64,000 bases of DNA, taken from the NCBI GenBank assembly GCA_012026655.1, contig JAAILG010000054.1, positions 1 through 64,000 on the forward strand. The letters run 5' to 3'. The position numbers and the translations under genes are program-made. The notes under the pieces are model-generated. The model ran no database searches. It saw only the letters and a list, made by a program, of their open reading frames with translations, and was not told the origin of the DNA. This document shows positions 26,085 through 37,872 of the stretch, piece after piece. Origin of the DNA: Hydrolagus affinis. Its lineage: Eukaryota. How positions within the stretch are numbered: position 1 is the stretch's first letter; each line of letters starts with the position of its first letter.

Positions 26085-27515
26085 TCCCCATCACTGGTGC
26101 ATCCTTGTGGGGGAGCTCCATCACAACCAGACGCAGTATCTTACTCAACTATTCCTGAGAGACAATATTCTTTCTCTCCACCACCAAGTGTTCCGCTGAA
26201 AATTGTGAATACTCAACGCCGCAAAAGTACTTCTGTCCTGGAAGCCCACACTTGGCATTTTCAGCCCATGTTCAGGACCGTAGGCCAGAATGTTGTTTCC
26301 GCTGGTGATTTTTCTAATCGGACTGTTGAAGGACTGGCAGCTCAAGGTTTGAATACCCATAGGTCTACCAGCGAACCAGTGCACATACAAGCTCAGTTGC
26401 CAGAACGTGTCCACACATCCACTGAAGGCAGTTCTAGATTTGGTCAATCTGAAGAACTTCAACTCTTCGTACCTCATCCAATGATGTATCCAATCAGTGT
26501 TCATTTGCAGCAAAATCTGCAGGACTCGTATGAGGTTGCCAAGTATAGCAACCTTCCGACTTGTGGATTAGCATTGCACCAAATTCCTACAGAGTTAAAC
26601 CTTCAGCAACAAATTTATTCTCAGCCCATGAGTTGTGAGATTCCCCTGAATAGTCAGACCTTTCTTCCCTGCCAGATGCAAAATATGATGGGTCAGCTGG
26701 TGCCTCAATTAATACAGGTGGCTTCTCATACATTGCCCGCTCAAGTTTCAAGCCTACCTGCTCAGCTCCAACTGTCGCAGGATTCAGGTCAACCTATGAA
26801 GTTAGAGATGCAGACAGCTTTGATACCAACTAAAGTATACTTACCATTGCAGGAAGATAGAGATGCTCAAAGTGATCTTGCATCTGCAGGCTTTTTCACA
26901 AATAGTGGTGTGACTCTGGATACTGTTCCACAAATTTCTCGTTCTGCACCAGCTATACTTGCACAGATAAATGAAGGCAGAACTGGGTCTATATTTGATT
27001 TCCAAATCCCTGCAGCGCAAGTGGAAGGCAGTAGCATTCAGCCCCCTATTCCAACATCCCAGAGAATTTACAGGAGTCGGAGGGGTTCTATGGATTTAAA
27101 CTTGGATGATGCACAAGGGACTGGAATGTATTGTAGACTTCAGCCGGTAACTGAAGAACAGGTGGTTTACTTCAGCTCTGATCATTTGATGCCACCAGAT
27201 AGTGTGCTACTGAATAGACAATCATTCTCACAAGAGGTTTCTCACAATCTCAGTCCACAATGTTCCAGTGACTCTGGTCAGTCCACATCCTCAGAGACAA
27301 GAGGGTTGCAGTCTCCTCCCCCTGTGGGAACATCCACCTCCAGTGTATCAGTTCTTAGTGAGCAACAACAGGTTTTCCAGGAAAGTGGCACATACAGTGA
27401 AATGATGTGGGGTATGCCAGTTTCACTAGGTGCACCACCAGCCATTTTTTTTCAGACCACCACCGAACCTTTTCTGACAGCTTCACGAACAGGAACCGCT
27501 GGCTTGTATCTCCAG
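26085..27515 (+). CDS. WNK1: WNK1 HSN2 exon (nervous-system cassette); 3' end uncertain
   Basis: atgcag|TCCCCATCA; long open frame with HPCGG, SFSPPP, QRRKSTSVLEA, YRSRRGSMDL, RLQPVTEE, LQSPPP. The donor CAG|gtcatg at 27515 was chosen by similarity to the mammalian exon end. In-frame alternatives are at 27605 and 27620. Confidence 0.85.
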
Positions 27516-28175
27516 GTCATGGAAGGATCCTGGTCTCAACCGTCTTCAACCCAGCAGAACATGCTACTAGATCACAGTTCTGCAGACTTACAGAGCCTAC
27601 ATTTGGTATTTGAATTTCAGGTGTTCACACTTTATGGTGAAAACTATCTGAAAGATGTAGTGTTTATAATGGCAACCCTTTCTTCTTGAAAATTGCATTT
27701 CCAATCTGCAAAATAACAGTTTGTGTTTCATTTTGCTTCACTCCGTCACGTGCATAAATAAGTTATTTGGGTAAATGTCCTAAGCTTTATAGCTTAGAGA
27801 CCATTGAATTTATTCTTTTTTTCAGTTCAACAAAATTGTAATTTTAGTAAGACTCTTAAATTGAATCAAAAAACTACATCTGGTACATCTCAATCAAGCG
27901 GAATCTATCTGTACTATGAAATTAGTGTTTTTTTTACAAAAAGCCTTCACTTCTTAAACTATGCTTAGTTACTGCAATTCTGCATGTATTGCGGTAATTT
28001 GAGTCAGTTATTGATGGCTGATTTGTGAACATACACAGTGATTGGCTCAAATATTAACATCAGTTTGAATTGAAGTCTTGTATAATTCAATATTGTGCTC
28101 CACATCAATGGATATGTGATGTCTGTCCTATTAATTTGATTATTAATGTATTTTTAACTTTTAACTTCCCAACAG

Positions 28176-28274
28176 GCCCAAAGTCAGCCACCTCCAACCA
28201 GTCTTCCTCTGGGTGTGACATCTCAACAAGTACCCTCACAGCCTCCAGGAATTTCTACTCAACAGATGAATCAG
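28176..28274 (+). CDS. WNK1: WNK1 exon 9
   Basis: caacag|GCCCAAAGT ... AATCAG|gtaatg; 99 nt; AQSQPPPTSLPLGVTSQQVPSQPPGISTQQMNQ. Confidence 0.85.
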
Positions 28275-28544
28275 GTAATGTTGTTCTGCTTCTGTCAGTG
28301 GCATGAGCCTGAAATTAATCCCAGTGCAACCGCTGTTCTGGGCTACACATCTCCAGGTATTGCAGCTGAGTCACCAATGAAGGATTCCAGGCGAGATAAA
28401 TTGAGGGAAATAAGAATTGGTTGTGCGGCTGTTGAATTTTGTATTCTTCTTGATACATAATTCCCCCTTAGGTTGTAAATGGATTGATGGGATTGTCTGT
28501 TAGATGGTGCTGTATCTCACACTTGTTATGTTTGTTTCTTGTAG

Positions 28545-28583
28545 TTTGGCAGTTGTTACTACGCCCCAGCGTATCTTCCACAG
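28545..28583 (+). CDS. WNK1: Candidate 39-nt in-frame micro-exon (FGSCYYAPAYLPQ)
   Basis: tgtttgtttcttgtag|TTTGGC ... CCACAG|gtagaa; phase 0-0, no stop. Confidence 0.45.
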
Positions 28584-29479
28584 GTAGAAAATTTCATTCT
28601 TATTTGAATAGTGTTTTTTTTCCTTTTTTGTTGTGTCTACACAGCCTTCGCTGCTTCATTTTGGTCTAAGCAGCACAGAATCCATGCTTAAAATTCAGGG
28701 TTTTTGTCTTTGATTGGAGGAAGTGACAATGATGCTTGGTAAACATGAATGTTTACTGAGTTCTGAAAGTGATTAGGGCTCAGATTGCAGTGTGGTATTA
28801 GTTTCAGGAATGTCTAATTTAGATCAAGTGATCTCAACAGATTCACGTTTTTCTTGGTAAGTACTGTACCATGTTGTAGCCAGAACATGTGGATAGTGTG
28901 TCTAGATTTCCAATCGATTGTTTGATGTTTTAAAATGTTCCCAAAAAAGGAAACTTATTGAGTCATAAACTGAAACATTAACTTTCCCTAAATTGGCTCT
29001 TGTTTTCACAAGCAAACCTCAGCAAATTTTGATGGTGGAAGGGATTGTCTGTATTGATGCAGCACATTTAGTACATGCTTGGAGGGAAACAAGGATATGT
29101 TCAATTGACTTGATGTCTCATTCATTTTGGCAACTTCATGTTAAGCAGCACTGGCAAAGACCTGGGAGCAGGGTGTTTATTTGGCCTCTCACCCAGTGTT
29201 TTTAGTAAATGCTGTAAGCAGTTGCAATAAGTTGTCTGTCACTTAATTTCTTTTTAACAAGGTATAAAGTAAAATTAGTTGTGCAAACACTGTGAAAGTG
29301 CGGACGGATGGAGATATTTTAGATTTTTTAAAAAAAATTAAGATAACATTGATGTTTAAGACTTCTCATTCCAGTAAAAGCGTTGGATCTGAACCAGTGA
29401 ACACAGCTGAATGCTGGTCTGTTTTTTTTTTGCATATGTAATGAGTAATGCATTGTGTTTTTATCCCCCCCCATCCCAG

Positions 29480-29614
29480 GTAGTACAGCAAACGCATCAA
29501 CCCGGGCAGTACCCTCCTCAAATGACTATATCCAGTGGGTCCATCCCAGGTCAACCAATTCCTCAATCCCAGGTCCAAATGCATGCTCCTCAGCAGGGTC
29601 CTCCTTTAACACAG
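29480..29614 (+). CDS. WNK1: WNK1 exon 10 equivalent (Pro/Gln-rich)
   Basis: catcccag|GTAGTACAG ... ACACAG|gtatga; 135 nt, phase 0-0; VVQQTHQPGQYPPQ... Confidence 0.83.
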
Positions 29615-30009
29615 GTATGACAGGACATTGTTGAGACAAGGTTCCTCTGCAATTTGAGTGAGGAATAAGCTGTTTCGTAGCTAACAATGTGGAGCATATT
29701 CATCAGATGCTTACCATGGAATCATTTGGTTTATCCAACTGCTGTGTTCTGACATTCAACTTTCTATTTCACAATCTCCCTCATCTGGGGAGGTGTGGGG
29801 GAACATTGTCTGCATTATGTTCTGCTCTTGTCCAGTAACTCTCAACAATATCCAAGTAAAAATCTTCCATTTAAAAAAAAATCCTCAACTTCAAACTGCC
29901 TGCTTTGCTTGTCTTGGTGAAACACACTTACGTGACTTATTTCAGTTGTCAAAAAAACATCTTCCTGCGTCCACATTGCAACTATCCCTCCTACTTTATT
30001 CTACTGTAG

Positions 30010-30335
30010 CTCCTGTAGCTCAGTAGTTAGAGCACTTGCCTTACAAGCGTGAGACCTGTGTTCAAATCAAGGCAGATCCAGGCGAAACCTCAGGCAAGTG
30101 TCCTTACTCCACATGCCTAATAATAATCTATCCCCAAAAATACCACAATAATAAAAATTGGTCATTTCAATCCACGACTGTTTGTGGGACTCTGCTGTGC
30201 GCAATTGGCTGCCGCATTTTGCCCACAAATATACAGACAATTCACTTTACAGTATATTCTGTGAAGCGCTTTGAGGCATTGATAAGATGTGAAAAGCGCT
30301 ATATCAAATGCAAGGATTATTATTATTAGTATTAT
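30010..30335 (+). mobile_element. tRNA-derived SINE, full length
   Basis: ctcctgtagctcagtagttagagcac ... caaatgcaaggattattattatt. Confidence 0.88.
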
Positions 30336-31185
30336 TGCTTTTCAGTTGTGAGAAACATCATAAATATAAGTTGGGAGAAATTTGAAAATGAAGTCTTTAC
30401 ATGGAACTTGCTTTTCGTGAACAAATAAACAAAATTCAAGAGCGACGTTGAGCTGTACAATTTGCGTATTGAAAAGAGCGTTCCTATGTACCTAACATAA
30501 GTTATAGATAATTTTAGAGGGCGAGATTTCCAAAATAGATGCCAGAAACTGTTAATAAAAAATGCTCTGACAGATCAGTTCCAGGATTTAAATTCCACAC
30601 CTAAATAAGGACGTAATTTACAACAAACAATATTCACGTGTTTGCATTATTTGTTCTACTAAGGCAACAACAAAATTACATTTGTGTAATGCCTTTCACT
30701 TTGAGAGGGTGTCCCACGGCACTGGACAGTCAAACATTCTTTAGGTCTTGAAATGCGTTTTTGAATGAGGCAAGGTGGGGGTGGAGGTGGCAGAAGGCAA
30801 AATGTGTCATGGCATGGATGTGGGGTAGAAAGCATAGTTGTGGGTCAAACAAAACACCAAGGTTCTGGTCTGACTCGGTCAGATGGAGTGTGCATCATTG
30901 GATGGTGATGCTGTCAGCGCCTGAGGTGTGGAGGTGCTGAGGGGAGCCAATCAGGACAGGAGCCAGGGCAGATAACTTTACAACAGTTTACCATTGAAAT
31001 ACGCACAATATAGGTTTGCAAATCATTTCGAACTTTTTGTTGCTTATGGTTAAGGTTGTTTCTCCTGATAGTTAATCACTACATTATCCCATAAATAGTA
31101 AATGCTGCTTTTTAATATAAAATGCTGTGCCCTTTAAATTAACCTTCTTTCTACTTTTTTGTATGCTGCCTGCTTGCATGTTCAG

Positions 31186-31287
31186 CAGTCGTGCACTAGT
31201 AGTCTAAATACTCCATCTCCTCTTACCTCACCAAGTTCTGAGCATCTGCAGTTTGTCTTGCAGGCTGCACACATTTCTCTCCTTCAG
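31186..31287 (+). CDS. WNK1: Candidate 102-nt in-frame cassette exon at the exon 11 position
   Basis: NAGNAG acceptor ttcag|cag; QSCTSSLNTPSPLTSPSSEHLQFVLQAAHISLLQ; CAG|gtactt; phase 0-0, no stop. Confidence 0.5.
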
Positions 31288-31785
31288 GTACTTGGAAAGC
31301 AACTTTCTGCATAGTAGTGCTTACATTTGCCATTTAAAAAAAAATGGGAAATGAATTTTCTCCTGTGCTTCAAATATTATCTGTTTGTATTGATGTTTCA
31401 GCACCTTGGGACGTCCTCCTGACGTGAAAGGTGCTCTATAAATGTAATTTTGTTATTGTTGTTTTGTTGTTGCTGTTGTAAGTATTCTTGACAGCCTTGT
31501 GAAGATCTGCACATCTATTTGAATATGTTGATTCGTCACTTAGACTGAGCTGCCTGAATGATGACTATTGAATTACCTCTTTGAATTGTATGGTGTTGCT
31601 CAATCACTCAGTAATGAATCATTTTGGCTCACAGAAATTCAATACAAACTTAAGTGGATCGGAATGTATTTTAGAAAGCTTGTATACTTTTTTAAAACAT
31701 AGAAACGACAAGAAAGGATGTTGGTTAAGAAATTTATGCAACGTTCATCACAATGCTCATCTTTTATCTCCATTTCTCCCAACAG

Positions 31786-32052
31786 AATTATCCCATGCAG
31801 TTGGCAGGGAGTATTCCCAGTCCTGCAAAGTCTTCTGTGGGTCCTGCAAAGTTTGCTGTGGTTTCTCCATCGCTTCCAGCTTCTACAGACATATCTCAGC
31901 CAATTTCACAACCAATACCCGCAGGAGTAACACAGTCGTATGGAGAACCAACAACAATGAGCCATACAACTGGACAGGCAATAATGTCCCAGCAAAGTAT
32001 CAGTACTGCTCAGCAGAGCCAGACAGGGTTACAGACACAAGTGGTCCAAGAG
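31786..32052 (+). CDS. WNK1: WNK1 exon 12 equivalent
   Basis: cccaacag|AATTATCCC ... CAAGAG|gtacga; 267 nt, phase 0-0; ends QVVQE. Confidence 0.83.
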
Positions 32053-32750
32053 GTACGAATTGGGATGCTCTTTTGGATTTGGGGTTTAAGACAATTTGTG
32101 ATACTACAAAAGGGAGTTTTAATCTGCATTTAAACCAGGCACTGTTTAATATTGAAAAACATTGATATTGTTCATCTTTGTGGAAATAAAATCTGAACTA
32201 GAAATATTAGTATGATAAAGTCAGAGACACTGAGGAAAGTTATATTACAAGTCAACGAGCCTCAGTATGCTAAACTGAAATACTGTTGTAGTAATGCCTT
32301 CATTACAGTTTCAATAATAATGGGTTTGTGAGGTCAAAACTCCAATGGGAAAAAAATCATTTTGCTGAATCATTAGATTTTTTTGTGGCAGTGAATGCCA
32401 TAAGATTGAATGTACTGTACTGATAGAATGCAACTAAAATAGTTTTTGTGGGAGGCTTGGACAATGGGACACTAGTCAAGCAACTGGAATTTTAAGAATA
32501 CTCTTGTATTTCAACATAAGTGGGAGGAAAGTGTCACCGAGCAAAATGGTCACGTGTCCATTTTATTTCCCCCCCTCCCCATTAAATTTGTTCATGTAGG
32601 GTAAAAAAAACTAACGATGAGTCCTCTGAATTCACTTGCCGAAAAATGCATTGCAAATTTAGGTTAGAAGTGTGACCATAACGTTTTATGAATGGCAATT
32701 TGGACTTCTCATTGAGATGCATTCTTTACCAAATACTGTTTTATTTCCAG

Positions 32751-32824
32751 ATGACTCAGGTCCCGTCACAGATCATGGCTGCAGAACATTTGTCACTAAA
32801 CCAGTTGTGTTCATCTGTGGACAG
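32751..32824 (+). CDS. WNK1: WNK1 exon 13
   Basis: tttccag|ATGACTCAG ... GGACAG|gtaatt; 74 nt; ends SSVD(S). Confidence 0.88.
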
Positions 32825-32977
32825 GTAATTGATTTATGTTTGCTCCATTTCAGTTTGCTTACTTAGATATGTCAGGAAATTACTGTAGGGAATCATCTTA
32901 GCTACATCAGCATTTCAGAGCCATTGCCATTCTCTAATCAATGCTTAAGAGTTCAAATGTTGTTTGGTGATCCACAG

Positions 32978-33137
32978 TGCTCACTCTGATGTTGCATCTG
33001 GGATGAGTGATGGAAATGAAGGCTTTCCAACAAGTGGAAGACATGAAGGAAGATCTACAAAACGGCATTGTCGAAAATCTGTGAGGAGTCGTTCACGGCA
33101 TGAAAAAATGGCCAGACCCAAATTGAGAATTCTTAAT
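32978..33137 (+). CDS. WNK1: WNK1 exon 14
   Basis: ccacag|TGCTCAC ... CTTAAT|gtaagt; 160 nt; AHSDVASGMSDGNE ... RSRSRHEKMARPKLRILN. Confidence 0.95.
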
Positions 33138-33159
33138 GTAAGTATGCACCTTTTAGTTA

Positions 33160-33469
33160 ATAATAATAAGCCTTGCATTTGATATAGCACTTTTCACGTC
33201 TTCTAGATGTCTCAAAGCATGTCACAGAATATATTGTAAAAGTGAATTGACTGTATATTTGTGGGCAAAACGCGGCAGCCAATTGCGCACAGCAGTGTTC
33301 CACTAAACAGTCGTGGATTGAAATGACCAACTTATTGTAGGTTTTTTTGAGGGATTATTATTAGACATATGGAATAAGTAAACTTACCCAAGGTTTCGCC
33401 CTGCCTGGATTCAAACACAGATCTCATGCTGTAAGGCGAGTGCTATAACCTCTGAGCTACAGGATTCCA
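33160..33469 (-). mobile_element. tRNA-derived SINE, full length
   Basis: ataataataagccttgcatttgatatag ... tgagctacaggattcc. Confidence 0.88.
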
Positions 33470-33760
33470 CAATGTTTAGTTCCATCATGATTAAAAAGTA
33501 AAGTTTATAATTTGATTGTTGTGTTTACGTCTGACATAATAATAATAATTCCTTGCATTTGACATAGTGCCATATCACATGTTCGAGACATCCCAAAGTG
33601 TTTCACAGAATGTACTAAAAAGTGAATTGATTATATTTGGTGGGCGATTATGATGGGCAGTGTTGTTTGATTGTGTGAATATGCAATAGCTTTTCAACTA
33701 GTGTTTTTCAGTTAACATTCCTATGTGCTAGAAAGATTTTAAATATGTTTTTTTTTAAAG

Positions 33761-33877
33761 GTCTCAAATAAAGGAGATCGGGTCGTGGAATGTCAGTTGG
33801 AAACGCACAATCGAAAAATGGTTACTTTTAAATTTGACTTGGATGGTGACAACCCAGTAGAGATAGCAATTATTATG
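33761..33877 (+). CDS. WNK1: WNK1 exon 15 (second CCT-like domain)
   Basis: tttaaag|GTCTCAAAT ... ATTATG|gtgagt; 117 nt; [39 protein letters not shown]. Confidence 0.96.
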
Positions 33878-34955
33878 GTGAGTGAAAATACCTGAAATGG
33901 ATTGAGGAATAAAAGTGGCGTTTTAAATGGAGCACAAATACTGTAATTCAGCTCATCTTCAATTGCAAATTCTGTGTATTCTTTTCTTGGGAAAGGTGAG
34001 AAATCATAGAAGAATCGCCACCCCACCTCTCCCCCTGAATTTTTAATGACAGTCCAGATCTAGTTTCCTATTTGCCAACCAATAGGACTAATCTTCCACT
34101 AAAAAATTCTCTCAAAACGTTGGAAATTTGAAGATCTTATTCTTGAGTTCAAGTTAAAAACAGTCCCAATTTTTCAAACCCATCTCATTACAGTACTTAA
34201 CCCTACATCCTTATCAACCGATCCTTTTTGTGGTTTGGATGATCTTTCTGTGTTGGGGGAAAGATCTATTTTACAGTACTTTAACTGGAAACTTTCTCAC
34301 TACATTTGTGATGTATGATTAAGGAATAATAATAATACTTTTCTATTATTCCAGTTAATTATGGAATCTCCTATTATTATTGTAGAGCTTTCTAACTGTC
34401 TGTGAATCTTGTAGTGTGTTAGTCTATAGACCTCTAGATGGCCTGTAATGTACTGGTGATGAAACAGATTGCTTACTTTTTATTAATTAAGTCCAGACAA
34501 ATTCCAGCTTCATTCTCGTTTCCAAAATATTAGTTTCTATTGCTATGATCAAATCTTTAATAATTAAATCACATTTGGTTATTTTCGTATCTGCCTGGTA
34601 GACCTAAATGATCACAGTCCGGCATTGGCTGATGCCAAATTTCTGTAAAAGCAATGCATTATTTTGAATAGTGCCTTCAGTTCTCCACATTATTCACATT
34701 AATTTGAGCATTTGAATATCAATGTTTAAATTGTGATGAAGGACTTGTTTATTTTTGGCGTTAATATTTTATCAAAACTTGCCATTTCCTTGTGCATGTT
34801 TGTAGAATATTTATCTTTAAATCAATCTAGTTTAGATTTCCTGAATTGTAACTATAGGCATACTAACTATAGAAAGTTTAATAACAGAAACTTTTGCACT
34901 GTGTGATATGAATGAGGCCCAAATGAATGAGTATCACCAATCTTTTGTACTATAG

Positions 34956-35126
34956 GTTCAGAACGTATTTATCCTGGAAACTGAACGAGAATCGTTCATT
35001 GACCAGGTGCGTGAAATTATTGAGAAGGCGGATGAAATGTTGAGTGAAGATCCAAGTGGGGAGCCAGAGGGAGATCAGGGATTTGAGATCCAAGCCCAAG
35101 TTGCTGCTTGCTTCAATCAAGCACAG
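34956..35126 (+). CDS. WNK1: WNK1 exon 16
   Basis: ctatag|GTTCAGAAC ... GCACAG|gtacgt; 171 nt; VQNVFILETERESFIDQVREIIEKADEMLSED. Confidence 0.94.
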
Positions 35127-36348
35127 GTACGTGCAGCTTGTTTTACTACATGTTGTTTGGGAAAGTGTATTCAAAATATTGAACTGACCATTATGCAGAT
35201 GACAAAAACATCAAATTACATTTGCATATCATCTTTCGCGTTGAGAGGACATCCCAAGGTGGTGGACAGTCAAGTATTTGGACAGGAGCTGGGAGTTGGG
35301 AACAGGTGGGGTAGAAGGCAGGGAGGATAGGGGTAGGAGGTTGACCGAAGGTGCATCCTAGAACTTGTTATATAATGTTGTGAATATCATGTTATATAAT
35401 CACCTTATGTAATGTTATGGATTCAGTATATAATGTGAGTGGGAAATACAACAAAGCATCCCCAAAATGTACCCACACTAGGTATTTTCCAACAGTTTAC
35501 TCTGTGGCAGAGTGCACTGACAAGATTTCTTTTGTAGTTGTTCAATTATGCTGTTGCCTACTGCTAAGTCTGCAAAAACAATGTGTGTTGAATGTTCTTC
35601 CATGTAGGAAAGGATCTATTTTCTACATCTGGATAGTCTAGATGAGGGTAGGACTTTTGTAGGCTAGGTGAAATAACATATTACAATATTTTTTATTTCT
35701 TAGCATTTTTAATACACATTTTATGTAATGCTTATAGAATGTTGTTATGTAAATTGAATTATTATGGTTTAAAAATGTTTTTATTCAAATTCTGCAGTGT
35801 TGTCCATGGTAAGACAAATCTTTTTTTAAAAATTTTTTGGGGGGGGTAGAAATTCCACCCGGATGCTGAAATACTTTTTTTGTGTTGTGCTTTACAACAT
35901 CCAGAATTTTGCAAACAATTGAATTCAGTATTAACCTTGAAGTTTTTACTGTAGTTCATAGGAGATAAATCTATTACTATGCAGATATTCATAAATAAGT
36001 GGTGTGGAAAGTATTCTGTAGTAATTTCTCCTGGCAAGGAATTGCCAGTGAACTGCTATTTTACCCCTGCTGCATTTGTCTCACTTGTGTAGAGTGTTTC
36101 TTTTCATATTATCTGCAAAACAGCAACAAATTCTAACAATTCCACAAACCATTCTTCGGTGAGAATCCACCCCCAGTTTTTTTTACACTTGCTAAGAATT
36201 CATTTCACATGGAGGACGAATGAGAAAAAATTTAAGATTTGTAGGTGAATGAAAGAAAGAAAAAGACAATGCTTCCATTCTTTGGAGATGTCGGACATAA
36301 ATTATGAAACAAATGTAGTTCTGACGCACTACATTTTTTTTTATCTAG

Positions 36349-36406
36349 AAAGCAGAGAACCAGTACATACAGCCAGAACCGATAATATATGCGCCAACGC
36401 AGTTAG
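36349..36406 (+). CDS. WNK1: WNK1 exon 17
   Basis: ttatctag|AAAGCAGAG ... CAGTTAG|gtaagt; 58 nt; phase 0-1 bridges exons 16 and 18. Confidence 0.85.
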
Positions 36407-36554
36407 GTAAGTGCCTGCTCTTCCTGATTTCTTTGGAGACACTGGTGAATTTTTTGATAAATGTTATATAATTTATATTTATTCAATCAAGTTTAGATGC
36501 TCGATCGATTAACACCAATTATGGACATGCCAATTGTTAAAAATGTTAATTATA

Positions 36555-36738
36555 ATAATAATCATCCTTGCATATGACATAGCACCTTATCACATTTTCG
36601 AGACGTCTCAAGGTGCTTCACAGAATATATTGTAAAGTGTGAATTGGCTGAATATTTTGTGGGCGAAACACGGCAGCTAGCCGTGCACAGCGGTGTCCCA
36701 CAAACAGTTGTGGATTGAGTGACCAATTTATTATTACT
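36555..36738 (-). mobile_element. SINE 3' half
   Basis: Same family tail and core. Confidence 0.8.
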
Positions 36739-36823
36739 AATGTGACCAGTGTCACTCAGCAGCTTCAATAAATCTCCACCATCTCCACCACTAGGGTCAT
36801 AAGTGACTGTTATCTGCTAAGTA

Positions 36824-37035
36824 CAGTAAAAGCCTGTTTATCTGGCACCCTCGGGACCTGGCCAATGCCGGTTAAAGCATGTGCAGGATATTTGGCCGAA
36901 AACGAGAAATTTTTTAAAAAAATTTAATGCATTTTTCCGGATAAATTTCGGTTAATCGAATGCGGACCTTTTTTTGCGATGCCGGTTAAACGGAAGTTAT
37001 GGTTGATCGGGTGCCGGATAAACAGGCTTTTACTG
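36824..37035. mobile_element. Tc1/pogo(Tigger)-type MITE, 212 bp
   Basis: 27-bp TIRs CAGTAAAAGCCTGTTTATC(T/C)GGCACCC with one mismatch; TA on both sides. Confidence 0.9.
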
Positions 37036-37372
37036 TACTTTGTTGCCAGCATGTACAGAAACCTTCCAGGCCACTACAAAAATGCCAGCGTGATTTCACA
37101 TCCAGTCTCGGGGTACAAAAGATGTTTGCAAACTGCTAGAGTTGTGCACTTTCAAACTTTGTGGTAATTTTACCGTATTGATGACATTGTTGTTTTGAAA
37201 TAACTCAGCAGCCTTGGCTCCATTGTGTGCTTTTCAAATCCTCAGCTGATAATTGATGTTTGCCCGGCAAGCAAGAAATAATTCAATATGGTCGGACGAG
37301 AGAAAAGAAAGAATGGGAACATGAAGTGCTGTTTCCGTTCTAAAATTTGGACTTTTTGTATTGGTGTTTCAG

Positions 37373-37513
37373 GTGCACAGGCAGGTTCAGCAATGCAGGT
37401 GGTACATTCTGCTGGAAGACGGTTTATTGTTAGTCCCGTGCCTGAGAGTCGATTACAAGAACCATCGTTTGTCAGTCCCAGTGCATTGACACAAAAGGAA
37501 GTTTCAACAACAG
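37373..37513 (+). CDS. WNK1: WNK1 exon 18 (RFIV SPAK/OSR1-binding motif)
   Basis: tttcag|GTGCACAG ... ACAACAG|gtaaga; 141 nt; QVVHSAGRRFIVSPVPESRL. Confidence 0.94.
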
Positions 37514-37872
37514 GTAAGAATTTTTGAGATGTAGACTCAAGCTGTTTCTCTAATATTCTGAGAAAATAACACTTCAAATAACAATGGTATATGCATAATA
37601 ACTACTGGATTGTTTGCACCACGATAACTGCAGCAATATTCAAGTCAAAATATTTAGGTTGTTCATCCTTATTGGATAACGTTTTATGGTTTTCATAATT
37701 TTAGATATATTTGGCAATTGTGAGCATCCCCCACTTGCTGATATTGCTGACTTTTGTGAGTTAATAGTCCATTTCAAATTGGGAAATTAGATCAAAATCA
37801 CCATTTCTGTTGAAAGATGACATGTATGCAAATGCTTTTTATTCCCATCAATGTCTCTTTCTTATTTCACAG

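Noticed and set aside
26067-27689. 540-aa ORF as an independent single-exon gene
   Set aside because: It starts at a splice acceptor and is in frame with the flanking WNK1 exons; it is the HSN2 cassette.
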